From assembly GCF_006345805.1 (NCBI RefSeq), contig NC_042998.1, positions 111,786,001 to 111,850,000 on the forward strand: a DNA stretch of 64,000 bases, given 5' to 3'. The translations under genes were made by a program, and so were the position numbers. This DNA is from Octopus sinensis. Lineage: Eukaryota. A model generated the notes under the pieces. The model was not told the DNA's origin, made no database searches, and saw nothing but the letters and a program-made list of their open reading frames with translations. Positions within the stretch are counted from its first letter, which is position 1, and every line of letters begins with the position of its first letter. This document shows, piece by piece, positions 41,013 through 52,756 of the stretch.

Positions 41013-42233
41013 CAGGGGTTGGACAAAATAATTGGAATTGTAGAAATTTAATTCCAATATTTCAGTGAGCCATTATATTTCGAATATCCATCCACATTTC
41101 ATTGTGAGTGTTATTTTGTATTGTAGATGGTTTTATTTATTTAATCCAATGAGTATTTCTGTCTCTTTCAGATCGTAGTATAAATTAAGCTAAGATATGT
41201 GACCTCACTGAGTTCGAAAAAGGGGAAAATTGTTGGAACTCGAATGGCACGAGGTTCCATCACCAGAATATCTGAACCCCTTGGTTTCTGAAGAGCTACC
41301 ATATCAAGGACCATAACTGGATTTGAGAAGCAGGGAAAAAGCTCCAAAAGGAGGAGTAAGTCCTGTAAGACTTCGAAGCTCACTGAAAGAGACCGACGAG
41401 TATTGAATCGCATTGTGATGAAAAATCACCAGTCATCTGCTCTAAAGTAGCAGCAGAGTTGAATCAACATCTGACTAGTCCGGTTTCGATCAAAACTGTT
41501 CGCCGTGAGCTCAATAAAGCCGGATATCAGGGAAGAGCCGCCATCAGGAATCCTCTGCTTTCTCATCAAAACATTCAGAAAAGGCTGAACTGGTGTAGAG
41601 ATCACAAGGGTTGGTTAACAGACCAATGGAAGCAAGTAATATTCTCCGACGAGTCCAGTTTTTCTCTTTTCCTCACTGCAGGGCAAGTTTATGTGTGGAG
41701 GCAGCCCGGGGAAGCTCTAAATCCTGACTGCCTGCTTCCTACGGTGAAGTACGGAGGAGGGACTGTGATGGTTTGGGTAGCCATTCCTTGGAATTTTCTT
41801 GGTCCAATCGTTGCCCAGCATGGTAGGATCAACGGTAATGATTATCTGAATATTTTGAGTGTAGCTTCCAAGATGACAATACTCCAATACACACCTCTCA
41901 TGTGGTTAAGAATTGGTATGAGGAGCATAATAGTGAGCTAAAACATATAGAGTGGCCCCACTCAATCTCCAGATCTTAATATTATTGAGCATCTGTGGTG
42001 CATCTTGCAGCGACAAGTTAGAAGTCGTTACCCTCCACCGTCGTGTCTGCAACAGCAGGAGCAAGTTTTGCAGGAAGAATGTCTCAAGAGCCTTCTCAAT
42101 GAAGTCAGGAAGCTCAATGAATCAATTCCTAGATGCATCGAAGCTATTCAGAGAGCTAAAGGAGGACCAACTCCATATTAAATAAATATTCGTTGAATTT
42201 AACACGTGTTCCAATTATTTTGTCCAACACCTG
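41013..42233 (+). mobile_element. Full-length defective Tc1 (DD34E-type) transposon
   Basis: TIRs CAGGGGTTGGACAAAATAATTGGAA and TTCCAATTATTTTGTCCAACACCTG with TA on both sides. Transposase VSIKTVRRELNKAG...VIFSDES...TVKYGGGTVMVW, broken by stops. Confidence 0.92.
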
Positions 42234-43195
42234 TATTTGTCTTTCGTTTTATAATTGGTCGTTCATCTTTGGTTGTATTTTAGGTTTTCATATTTGTTGA
42301 AAAAGTATTGGTTCATTATATTTGTCATTTAGTATCATTCACTGTTTCGCATCTTATGCTATACTCTAGGCTCTTCGTCTTTGGTGAGACTGTGCAACGT
42401 AACTGTTATCATTTAAATTTTCTTTTTATTATTTATCGTATTCTTTTTTCGTCATCTTTTGTTGTTATCTTAATTTTTCTCGTCTTTTTTTTTTACTGTG
42501 CCTATCCTTGTTTTGATTTCATCGTTGGACCATTTTCTTTAATGGACATTCCATTTCGATCTCATTGTGTAAGTTAATTCCCTTCTTTTCTAATTTTAGT
42601 TCTATTCCTGGTTCTACACCTTTCGTTATACTTTTGGTCCTTTCTATTTGATTCTAATCTTACTTTTTAATGTTTAACTATATTCTTGGTTCCTTCTGTT
42701 TAGTTATATTGTTACTTCTTCATTTGTGATTATTTACTCAGGACTAGTTCTTCATATTTAACTGGATACTTAGTACTTCACCTTTCGTTGTATTCTTCTT
42801 GGTGATTCATTTACATTTATATTTTTATTTCTTCGGTTTTCGTTATATTCTTTGATCTCCAACTTTTGTCGTAATTTCTTGGCTGTTCATAATAGTGTAT
42901 ATTTTGTCATATACTTGGTTGTTTATCTTTGCCATATATTATATTTCCATCTTTTGTGAAAAATATTGATTCTTTAACCTTTGGTTATATTCCTGATATT
43001 TTTTCCTTTATTCTTTACTACATTTTTGGTTCTTAAAATTTAATTATATTTAATTAGTACTTCATTAATAGTTGTGTCATTAATTATTCATATTTGGATG
43101 TATTCGTGGTTCTTCTATTTGATAACAGCTTATGTCTTGTTAAATTCTTGATTAAATTTGTTTGATTAAGAATGAAAGGAAAGAGAGAGAGAGAG

Positions 43196-43260
<65 letters not shown>

Positions 43261-43263
43261 TAG

Positions 43264-43314
<51 letters not shown>

Positions 43315-44622
43315 GAGATTTGTATATGCGCATTTACCGTTTAATCATTTTAAATCAAGGCTTAAGACGGGATTAGAAAGATGGTCATGAAATATTACTG
43401 ACGATATATACACACAAATGTTTAAATGCTTGCATACATTCTTGCTCGCCAATGTAGCAGAAGTGATTTACACTGTCATTATGCGTGAGATGTTTTCGTT
43501 TTAACTCATCTAGGCTTAAATACCCGAATATCGGCTCCATAAGCCCTTTTCGTTCCAGCGGTCACATGACCTCATGATTAAACGAACCTGTTATTTGTAT
43601 TGGTCGGTTTCCAGCTGTCCAAACGTGTTGGCGCAACAGTTCATTTTTCCTTACGCAGGAAATTAATCACCAGCTGTGGGAGTCTACTGATCGCTATAAG
43701 AAAGATAGTTTTCGACTGCTCTACGTCTTTGGCACACGCCACTGTCACACGCAATTCTGTATCTGACACTAGGCAGTCTCCGCTTTCATCTTCTCCACCA
43801 GACGCATGTCTATATCATTGTTGTATGAACATCACACGACCAACAGACCAACAGCTGCCTCTACACACACCACCAAACAGTACGTCAACTTTGTCTACCA
43901 GATCAGACCAACCTAACCACGAAATTCTCTCACACATCTTTGTTGTGGCCTGCTATGTTGTTTTATTTCATGTATGGCAATCGTTGTATTTTATAACGGA
44001 GACTAAATCATCGCCTACCTATTCTGAACTGCATCAAATTATTTGTGAAGTTTATAAAAGACTCTTTCGTTATTCCAACCAACATATAACAGTGGCAAAC
44101 CCGTGCTATAGTGTAACGCCACCACTTGTTACATCAAGACACAGAAACACCACGTCATGGTGGTGTGTACCACGTCATGGTGTGCTGTGTAAGATCTTAA
44201 CGTCTTCAATCTCATACAACATCTATGTCCATGTACGATGTTACATAAACTATGAAATAAGCGATAACGCATGAATGGGACAAAATGCATTTGGAGGAAC
44301 AAGAAACAATATCAGTGATATTTCAAAAATGCGTTCCTGCAGCCGTTTCAGTAATTCTTGCGTAACGAGATTATTACATAATTCTTAAGAACTTCCATGT
44401 CAGGGATAGTTTTTGAAATATAAATAGCAAAATTCGGCTCACTCTTATACAACTTAAAGATTGAAAGAGAAATCAAAATAAAAACCAAAAGGAAATATAG
44501 ATATGAATAAAGAAAAGAAGAAATAAAGTGTTAAATCATATGTTTTGTCGGAATTGGTGGAAGTTTGACGAGAATAAATTGTTTAATAATATAGATAACA
44601 TCTTAATATGCTTATCAGAGTA

Positions 44623-44845
44623 AAGGCGGTGAGCTGGCAGAATCGTTAGCACTCGGGGCAAAATGCTTAGCGGCATTTCGTCCGTCTTCTCGTTCTGAGT
44701 TCAAATTCCGCCGAGGTTGACTTTGCTTTTATCCTTCTGAGGTCGATAAAATAAGTATCAGTTGATAAAATAAATACCAGTTGATGTAATCGACTTATCA
44801 CCTCCCTCGAAATCGCTGTCGTGCCAAAATTTGAAACCATTATCC
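44623..44845 (+). mobile_element. SINE family B
   Basis: Homologous to the other family B copies. Confidence 0.87.
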
Positions 44846-45639
44846 TTATCGGAACAATGTAATGCAATCGAAGAACCTGAATTATGGAGTACTTAGCTGA
44901 GTATTGTAATAAACCAGATAGACAGAAGGAATATAAAGACTTGACAGAACTATGATATATTTAAAACTGTCTTTTCACAAGCCTCTACACTAAGTTTCTC
45001 TGACGACAGCTACTAAAAGAAACTAACATTTACTATAGAGGCAATGGGTGCCCCGGAGTCGTGATCTATGAAGACATCGCTTCGATTACATCCCACGCGC
45101 GCACACGCTCATACACACATACGCACACACTCACACACGTATATGAATAGAAAAGAACTAAAAAGCTCATATTTCATACTCTCGTTATGTGTAGGAGATT
45201 ATAGCTTGCAGGGTCACTTATGAAGCAGAAATAAATTTCAATCCTTTACTGATTGTCACATTTGACGTGAGGAGTTCAAACAACTAATTGTAGTCAATAT
45301 AATTTGGGATATATTTAATATTTATTGATTAATATAATAATTAATATAAATAAAAAATCATTTGTAGGTAGTAATAAACATAATATTCGATTCTCTCTGG
45401 GGTATTATGCTCTTTCGACGATCTTTCCATTTTGACATTTATGGGTAGTTGAGTCATAATTTTTTTCTCCACAGCACGAGTAGCTATTTCCCATTACGAA
45501 GTGTATAGTTTCACCGCAGCAGACTTGAAGCTCTCTCTGGTAATGTTTATCACCGCAAGTCCCTAAAGTAAAGAAAAAAAAAATTAAATATAAAAAAAAT
45601 TGACGAAATATAATAGAGGAGTTACATCGTTGTTGTGGT

Positions 45640-45819
45640 GAGAGTTACGACACCCACTGCAAGAATAGACTCGTTTTCTTTTTCTGAAAAATCTTATCTT
45701 ATGCAGACTGAAATTTAGGCATTCACTTGCAGAACCAAATGTTCCAATTATTTTTGCTATAAATGTAAAATTTGTAATCTGGATATAGAAACCGGAGGTT
45801 TCGAAGCAGTTGTCGATAT
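45640..45819 (-). mobile_element. RLE LINE family B1 short fragment
   Basis: YRQLLRNLRFLYPDYKF follows a (CA)n run. Confidence 0.7.
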
Positions 45820-45823
45820 GTGT

Positions 45824-45899
<76 letters not shown>

Positions 45900-47399
45900 A
45901 TGTATGCATGTATGTATGTAGGTTTGTATACATGCAGGCATGTTTGCATGTACGTATGTATGTATTTTCAATGTCATTTCCTGCATATTTACTCTAATAT
46001 CAGAGTGACCTTCCCATAGAGATATGCTTTAACATGGCGATCCATGTCGATACATCATATCAGTAGAGTGGAGAGGGTTTGTGAGTGTTGTGCAAGCCTT
46101 ACTGGACCTAAAATTTGAGCTTGTGCAATCACTGGTGTGGCAAGTTTCCTATGTCCGGTCGTGTAGGAGGGCGCTGCGACAAGAAAGGAAGCGGGTGCAA
46201 TACTAGATAGTACGGGCATTACTGACATTTTGCATGGGCAATGGTCAGTGTTTATCTTCATCGATTACGAGTGGACAGCCATCATCACGTATGTATGTAC
46301 GTCGCTTCTGTATTTAATCATTTAAATTTTTCCTCTGAAGAAGGAGTTAGTTTATAGATGAATAGGTTGTATTCCATCTAATGTGACTTTTTTAGTAGCA
46401 GAGGATGAAAATAAGAGAAGTCCTTGCTAACGGATAAAGAACGAAACATGGCCAAACACGTAGATAATCCGGGTGGTTGAGAGAAAGAAACTCATACCTG
46501 ACACGTAGGAAAAATTTGTTGTCCATGTGAATTCTGGAGAAAAATTCAGAATATTTTTTTTTCCTTTTTACAGGCAAAAAGAATATTCCCCTAGGACGCT
46601 GTGTCTGCAAAGGACCAAGTTGTAAATTCGGTTACAACCCGAGGAAAAATGATTTACAGTTTCCCGCTTGAAAGTGGTTCCAAAATTTTCTGGTGAAGAA
46701 GACAATATGGCGATGAGAGACTTCAGTGGTGTTCCTATGCGATGAGTGGCGGCTTGGTTGCATAGACGAAGTCGCGAAGGAGAAAAAAGGAATAGGTATT
46801 CACTGGTCAGAATTCGTTCGAGGTTCACCATGTTAGAAGTAATTGTGGTGTGTGCTGCGTTTTAGTTAGTTTAGTGATCTGGAACGTCAGGTCACCATTT
46901 TAGGATAGGTTGTCCATGTTGCGTCGGGGTCCTCATTATAGATGAATAGTGTCCATGTTATGTTGGGGTCACCATTATCGAATGATAAGTGTCCATCACG
47001 TCGGGGTCAACATTATACATGGGTAGGTTGTATTCCATCTAATGTGACTCTACTTAGAAGGCTATAATATCATTTGACAGGAACACGGTGTAAAGAAATA
47101 CATGGAACAAAGTGGTAACTTTAAATGTCTTTAATGCTGGTTACACGTATATATACACTAGTTGAATGATAAATGGAAGTGGTTGATGGACATTTATTCA
47201 TATATCTACATGAATCTGCGTTGCTTGTATGTTTGCTGTTAACCTTGGTGAAAAGCTCACGAACAGCGATATGTTAGAACGTGTGCAGTGTGTTGCTGTT
47301 GTGTAGATGTTGTTGACGACGATGGTGAGCGACATAATGATGGCGACGAAGATGGAGGTCGCTGTAATGTGGTCAGTAGTTAGACTTTAAAAGGACTGG

Positions 47400-47620
47400 A
47401 ACCAACAGACCCCGAGACAAGGGGGAAGTGAATTTTTATAGCTAATGGTAGGCTCATATAAAGTTTAGAAAGGACTGCCTCACGTGATTCATTTGGAGGC
47501 TGTGATTGGTTGGGTTGCATATTGGCGCACGATAGAATAAGAGACACATTGTGCCAATACCAACCAATCAGAGTGCTAGACACAACGGTGTCCAAAACAG
47601 CGTCCAAAGATTAGCTGTTA
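47400..47620 (-). promoter_or_regulatory. Candidate Pol II promoter (CCAAT cluster, CACGTG, TATAAAA)
   Basis: Four CCAAT/ATTGG boxes at ~47505-47570, TCACGTGA at ~47480 and, on the minus strand, GCTATAAAAA at ~47433-47442 downstream of them. Confidence 0.3.
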
Positions 47621-47689
47621 CTTACTACGTCTGCATGAATGTATATATAATAGAGAGAGAGAGAAAGTTCACTAGAGTTCGCTACAGGT

Positions 47690-47970
47690 TTCTAACAAAG
47701 ATACAAAAACTCCATCGTCGTAATGTAGATAACGAACACTATGTCACATTTTAAACCTGAGAAACGTCTTGCATAGTTTTTTTTCTGTTCCGCTTACAGA
47801 TTGTATTTGTAATGTGCGAATCAACTGGTTGTTTTGATACTCTGAAAATCCAAGCTTATCTAGACTGACAGTTAGGCGTTTACTTACAAAGCCAAGTGCT
47901 TCAATTACTATTGGCATAAATATAAATTTGTAATCCGATATAGAAGCCGGAGGTTTCGAAGCAATTGTCC

Positions 47971-47971
<1 letters not shown>
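47690..47971 (-). mobile_element. RLE LINE family B1 3' fragment
   Basis: YGQLLRNL...LCKTFLRFKM* directly after (CATA)n. Confidence 0.8.
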
Positions 47972-48001
<30 letters not shown>

Positions 48002-48135
48002 TGTATGTATGTATGTATGTATGTATGTATGTATGTATGTATGTATGTATGTATGTATGTGTGTGTGCGTGCGTGCGTGTGTGTATGTATGTATGTATGT
48101 ATGTATGTATGTATATATGTATGTATGTATGTATG

Positions 48136-48169
<34 letters not shown>

Positions 48170-48188
48170 TGCAAGTATGCATGTATGT

Positions 48189-49390
48189 CATTATTCAGTT
48201 TATTTTAAGATTTTTTGCCAATAGAGAAAGAACCGGTTTCTAACTTAGATCCAAGGTTCCTTCATTGGAATTTCAACATCAACCACAGCGAATGTATGTA
48301 TGTATGTATGTATGTATGTATGTATGTATGTATGTATGTATGTATGTATGTATGTATGTATGTGCGGATTTATATGTTTTATGTATGTATTCTCATGCAT
48401 ATAGTTGCATATCTAGTCATGCTCATATATATTCAAATGATAAACCACCGGAAAGATTTTTACGGTTCCAGTGATAGATTGAACCTGTAGTCTTTCAATT
48501 AGCTTTTTCCTTTCTGGTTTTCAGAAGCCCAGTTTCTCAAGATTGGTATTTAGGCAGTGTATTACATATCCCAGTGCCCCAATAATTACAGGTATAAATC
48601 TGGACTTGTAATCTGGGTAGAGTAACTGTAGATTTCTCAATATTTCAACGTAAGTGTTCTCTTTTTCACTGATCTTCAGCTTTATGTTAACATCCGCTGG
48701 GCAGCTAATTTCCACAACTGTGCACAGTTTATCTTCTTTATCCCAAATAATTATATCAGATCTGTTGTGCTTACATTTTATTGAGATCTTCACTGGTACA
48801 TTCCATCAGTATTCCTTTTTCATTTTGAGCGGCTATGGCTTCTACTATATTGTCGTATTTTATTTCGTTGTCCTCGGGATTATCCTTCCGACGGATTTCA
48901 TTATAGAGTGTCCTAGCTACATCATGTCGCATTGGTAGGGAATACCGCGATGACATTTTCGGACAACTGCTTATGATGTGGGTGATATCTATTTCTTTAT
49001 TACCCACAAGGGGCTAAACACAGAGGGGACAAACAAGGACAGACATAGGTATTAAGTCGATTACATCGACCCCAGTGCGTAACTGGTATTTAATTTATCG
49101 ACCCCGACAGGATGAAAGGCAAAGTCGACCTCGGCGGAATTTGAACTCACAACGTAACGCAGACGAAATACCGCTAAGCATTTCGCCCGGCATGCTAACG
49201 TTTCTGCCAGCTCGCCGCCAATGTGGGTGATATCTTCAGTGTGAACTCCACAAAGTCTGCATCCGGTGTCACATTTTACAGCTTTTCCCGCATCTCTATC
49301 CCTTTTGTGCATCAGGTTTCGACTAATGGTTTCGACTAGTATTTGGTAATTGCGATACAGTTTCAAGCGTCAGAGATAATTCTAATAAGT
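48189..49390 (-). mobile_element. RLE LINE family B2 3' fragment, interrupted by a SINE
   Basis: CRLCGVHTEDITH|IISSCPKMSSRYSLPMRHD, KCKHNRSDIIIWD and PVIIGALG; the 3' end abuts (CATA)n. Confidence 0.88.
48991..49220 (-). mobile_element. SINE family B with 15-bp TSD
   Basis: ATGTGGGTGATATCT at 48976-48990 and 49221-49235; splits the LINE zinc knuckle. Confidence 0.93.
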
Positions 49391-49449
49391 CAAGAATCTA
49401 TGTGGCATGGTATTTCATATATATGTTTATGTTATATGTTATATTATCC

Positions 49450-49720
49450 CATTTCACTCAAAGAGCATCGGGTGATGAGAGTTCTCTAAGCGCCACCATT
49501 CTGAAACAAACTGCACCCTGCTTACCAGGTGACAGCCATCTAGGTCAAATCTTCTCGCAGAGTCCTTTGCCATGTCTTCACCAGCCTACCTCTCTTCTTC
49601 CTTCCTTCGCCAACAGTCCACTTTAGGTCTATCTTTGACAGTCTCTACAACGATGCGCGTAATACTTGACCAAGCAGCATCCTTTGCTTAGCTGTGATGA
49701 TAACTTGCATTTTATTTAAG
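49450..49720 (-). mobile_element. RTE-clade LINE 3' remnant
   Basis: WTVGEGRKKRGRLVKTWQRTLREDL resembles the RTE C-terminal RxRGRPKxTW motif. Confidence 0.55.
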
Positions 49721-50007
49721 CTTACTCTTCTCATGAGAAGAAATGGAAAAGTACAAATTGATACCAAGACCAGACTTGCCAAAGTTATGGCAGTTTTCCA
49801 ATGATTGAGACCAATATGGTCATACTCTTCCATTTACCGTGGGACTAAACTTCGTTTATACGCTTCTGTTGTTATTCTTGTATGTAAAGGAAAGTTGGAA
49901 GCGGGTGGATAGGATTCGCAATATAGTGAATGTTTTCCATTGACGATACTTTAGATTTCCGTATAGCACCTAACATGACCGCATCCCATCAAAAAATTCG
50001 TTAACGG

Positions 50008-50041
<34 letters not shown>

Positions 50042-50329
50042 ACGCGTATGTATGTGTGTTTATATGTGTGTGTATGCATGCATGTATGTATGCATATATG
50101 TATACAGATATGTGTGCATGTGCCCATGTGTGTACACACACACACAAATACAATTGCAGCATGGAAGGTGTTTATAAGCCATCTAAAAACACAATCAAAA
50201 ACCGTTCGATTCACTTCAACATTTAAATTTAATTTATCAAAATATTTTCGTCGCTTTGAAACCGCGACCTATTCACTGACAAAATTCTGTGCCGCATGTA
50301 TTTGTGTGTGTGTGTGTGTGTGTGTCTGT

Positions 50330-50520
50330 TTGTCCCAGCTACCATCGCTTGACAACTGATGTTGGCGTGCTTACATCCCCGTGACTGAGAGGTTCGGCAA
50401 GAAGTCCCGATAAAACAAGCACCAGGCTTACAAAGAATAAGTCCAGGGGTCGATTCCTTCGACTATAAGGCTGTACTCCAGCATGTCCACAGTCAAATGA
50501 CTGAAACAGGTAAAAGAAAA
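50330..50520 (+). mobile_element. SINE family A, diverged 3' half
   Basis: ...CACAGTCAAATGACTGAAACAGGTAAAAG tail, in opposite orientation to most copies. Confidence 0.75.
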
Positions 50521-50711
50521 GAATAAAAGAATGTTTATCGGTGTGTGCATGCGCGTGTACATGCGTATAATTTTGTAATTATTCCAAGGTTCACAGTTCT
50601 GTTGGTCATCACGACCCATGTTAAGTTTCAGGCAACTTCACAATTAACTAACGACTGATGGAATGAGAAATAAATTCAATTATAGATTTACCTCCAAAGA
50701 CGTCGAAGTAG

Positions 50712-51085
50712 CAGAATGCTTAGCGGTATTTCGTCTGCCGCTACGTTCTGACTTCAAATTCCGCCGAGGTCGACTTTGCCTTTCATCCTTTCGGGGTCGA
50801 TAAATTAAGTACCATTTACGCACTGGAGTCGATATAATCGACTTAATCGTTTGTCTGTCCTTGTTTGTCCTCTCTGTGTTTAGTCCCTTGTGGGTAGTAA
50901 AGAAATAGGCATTTCGTCTATCTTCGTGTTTTGAGCTCAAATTCCGCCGAGGTCGACTTTGCTTTTTATCCTTTTCGGGTTGAAAAAATTATTTCCAGTT
51001 GAGTTCGGGTGTCAATGTAATCGTCTTAGGCTCTTTTAGACCCTTACTCGATATTTACAGGACGTGTGCCAAATTTTGAAACCGA
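50712..51085 (+). mobile_element. SINE family B, two tandem copies
   Basis: Two AAATTCCGCCGAGGTCGACTTTGC segments. Confidence 0.85.
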
Positions 51086-51148
51086 TATTGTAAGGGAGAT
51101 AACTTTTAGTGAATAAGAAAAAAATGGAATCGCTTATCCCGATAATAC

Positions 51149-51554
51149 AATTTACATATATCCATACTAAGATACGTATGTATCCATTTATGCGAGAATA
51201 AATGCATATCTACGTATGTAAATATGCATTTATACATAGGCTAAAAATAAATAGTAACAAAATAAAATAAATTAAACTTGTATAAGTTTTTATGCGAGCA
51301 TTTGTAACATTTTTGCTAAAAATGTTCGTAACCCGCTTATTTAAATATGCACATGCATAGATGTGTGCATATATGTATATATTCATGCACGTATGTGCAT
51401 GCGTATAGTTATGTACGGATGAAAAGTTTTATTTATTTCATTTTGTTACTATTTATTTCTAGCCTATGTATAAATGCATATTTACATACGTAGATATGCA
51501 TTTATTCTCGCATAAATGGATACATACGTATCTATGTATGGTTATATGTAAATT
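51149..51554. repeat. Foldback element / MITE with ~130-bp inverted arms
   Basis: 51149-51278 is the near-perfect reverse complement of 51425-51554. Confidence 0.9.
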
Positions 51555-51654
51555 AAAAGATTCAGCGAAGATAAACGTTTTTCGGCAAACCTGATTTGAT
51601 TTGATTTTCTAGTGTGAAATTATGCATTTATGCATCATTGCATTTATGCATATA

Positions 51655-52062
51655 TACTCTTTACTCTTTTACTTGTTTCAGTCATTTGACTGCGGCCATG
51701 CTGGAGCACCACCTTTAGTCGAGCAAATCGACCCTAGGACTTATTCTTTGTAAGCCTAGTACTTATTCTATTGGTCTATTTTGCCGAACCGCTAAGTTAC
51801 GGGGACATAAACACACCAGCATCGGTTGTCAAGCAATGCTAGGGGGACAAACACAGACACACAAACATACATGCACATACATATATATACATATATACGA
51901 CGGGCTTCTTTCAGTTTCCGTCTACCAAATCCACTCACAAGGCTTTGGTCGGCCCGAGGCTATAGTAGAAGACACTTGCCCAAGGTGCCACGCAGTGGGA
52001 CTGAACCCGGAACCATGTGGTTGGTAAGCAAGCTACTTACCACACAGCCACTTCTGCGCCTA
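51655..52062 (-). mobile_element. SINE family A, full length
   Basis: Near-identical to 5361-5764. Confidence 0.92.
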
Positions 52063-52254
52063 TGTACATATTTAAAATATATAATTTATTTAGAGCTTGC
52101 TAATGTTAGCAATAACTCCCATTAATACACAGATAGGAAGATGTAGTGCTCGTTGTGAGCTATATTCAAAATAATATTTTTATGGAGGCAACACATGCAG
52201 AGTCTAAAAGAACATAATTAAAATACACATTCGAAACTTATATAAATATATATA

Positions 52255-52756
52255 TCTATATATATAAAACTGTAGTTGTGTGAGTGTCTGTCCCCTTCGA
52301 TTTAGATTCCTAACTACTCCCACATTTTGCGGTGCAGTTTAACCAAATTCGGGTATCTTATAGTCGTGATTCATATCGAGCCCGTCTGAGTATTAGCGCG
52401 CGTCTACGATTTAAAAAATAATTTAACATCATTTTTTATTCCATTTTAATGCATAATTTTTCGTGTGTCGATGGCGGCGGAGTTGGCGTCCATGGTCACA
52501 CCTGCACCTGTTTGCTTCTCCCCCTTCTTCCCTCCCTCGTGAAGCTGTGGGGAAGGGAGTGTAAGGAAATCAACGTCGTAAAGCGTTGTTAAGGAGACCA
52601 GCGTTCTTTTAGAACAACGACTTCATGGCTTGAAGACACCAAAACAGAAATGGCTAAGAAAGCCCAAATTGGCATCTATAAGGGAAGTAACTCTCTAAAA
52701 ATGCTTATATAGTTGTTTCCCTTACAAACCCGAGCAACGCCGGGCGATACTGCTAG
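52255..52756 (+). mobile_element. Non-autonomous Helitron
   Basis: A|TCTATATATATAAA start and ...AAACCCGAGCAACGCCGGGCGATACTGCTAG|T end, both matching the termini of 6483-6851. Confidence 0.88.

Noticed and set aside
46890-47030. 38-39-bp repeats as a possible CRISPR array
   Set aside because: Units are contiguous and diverged with no unique spacers, there are no cas genes, and the context is eukaryotic.
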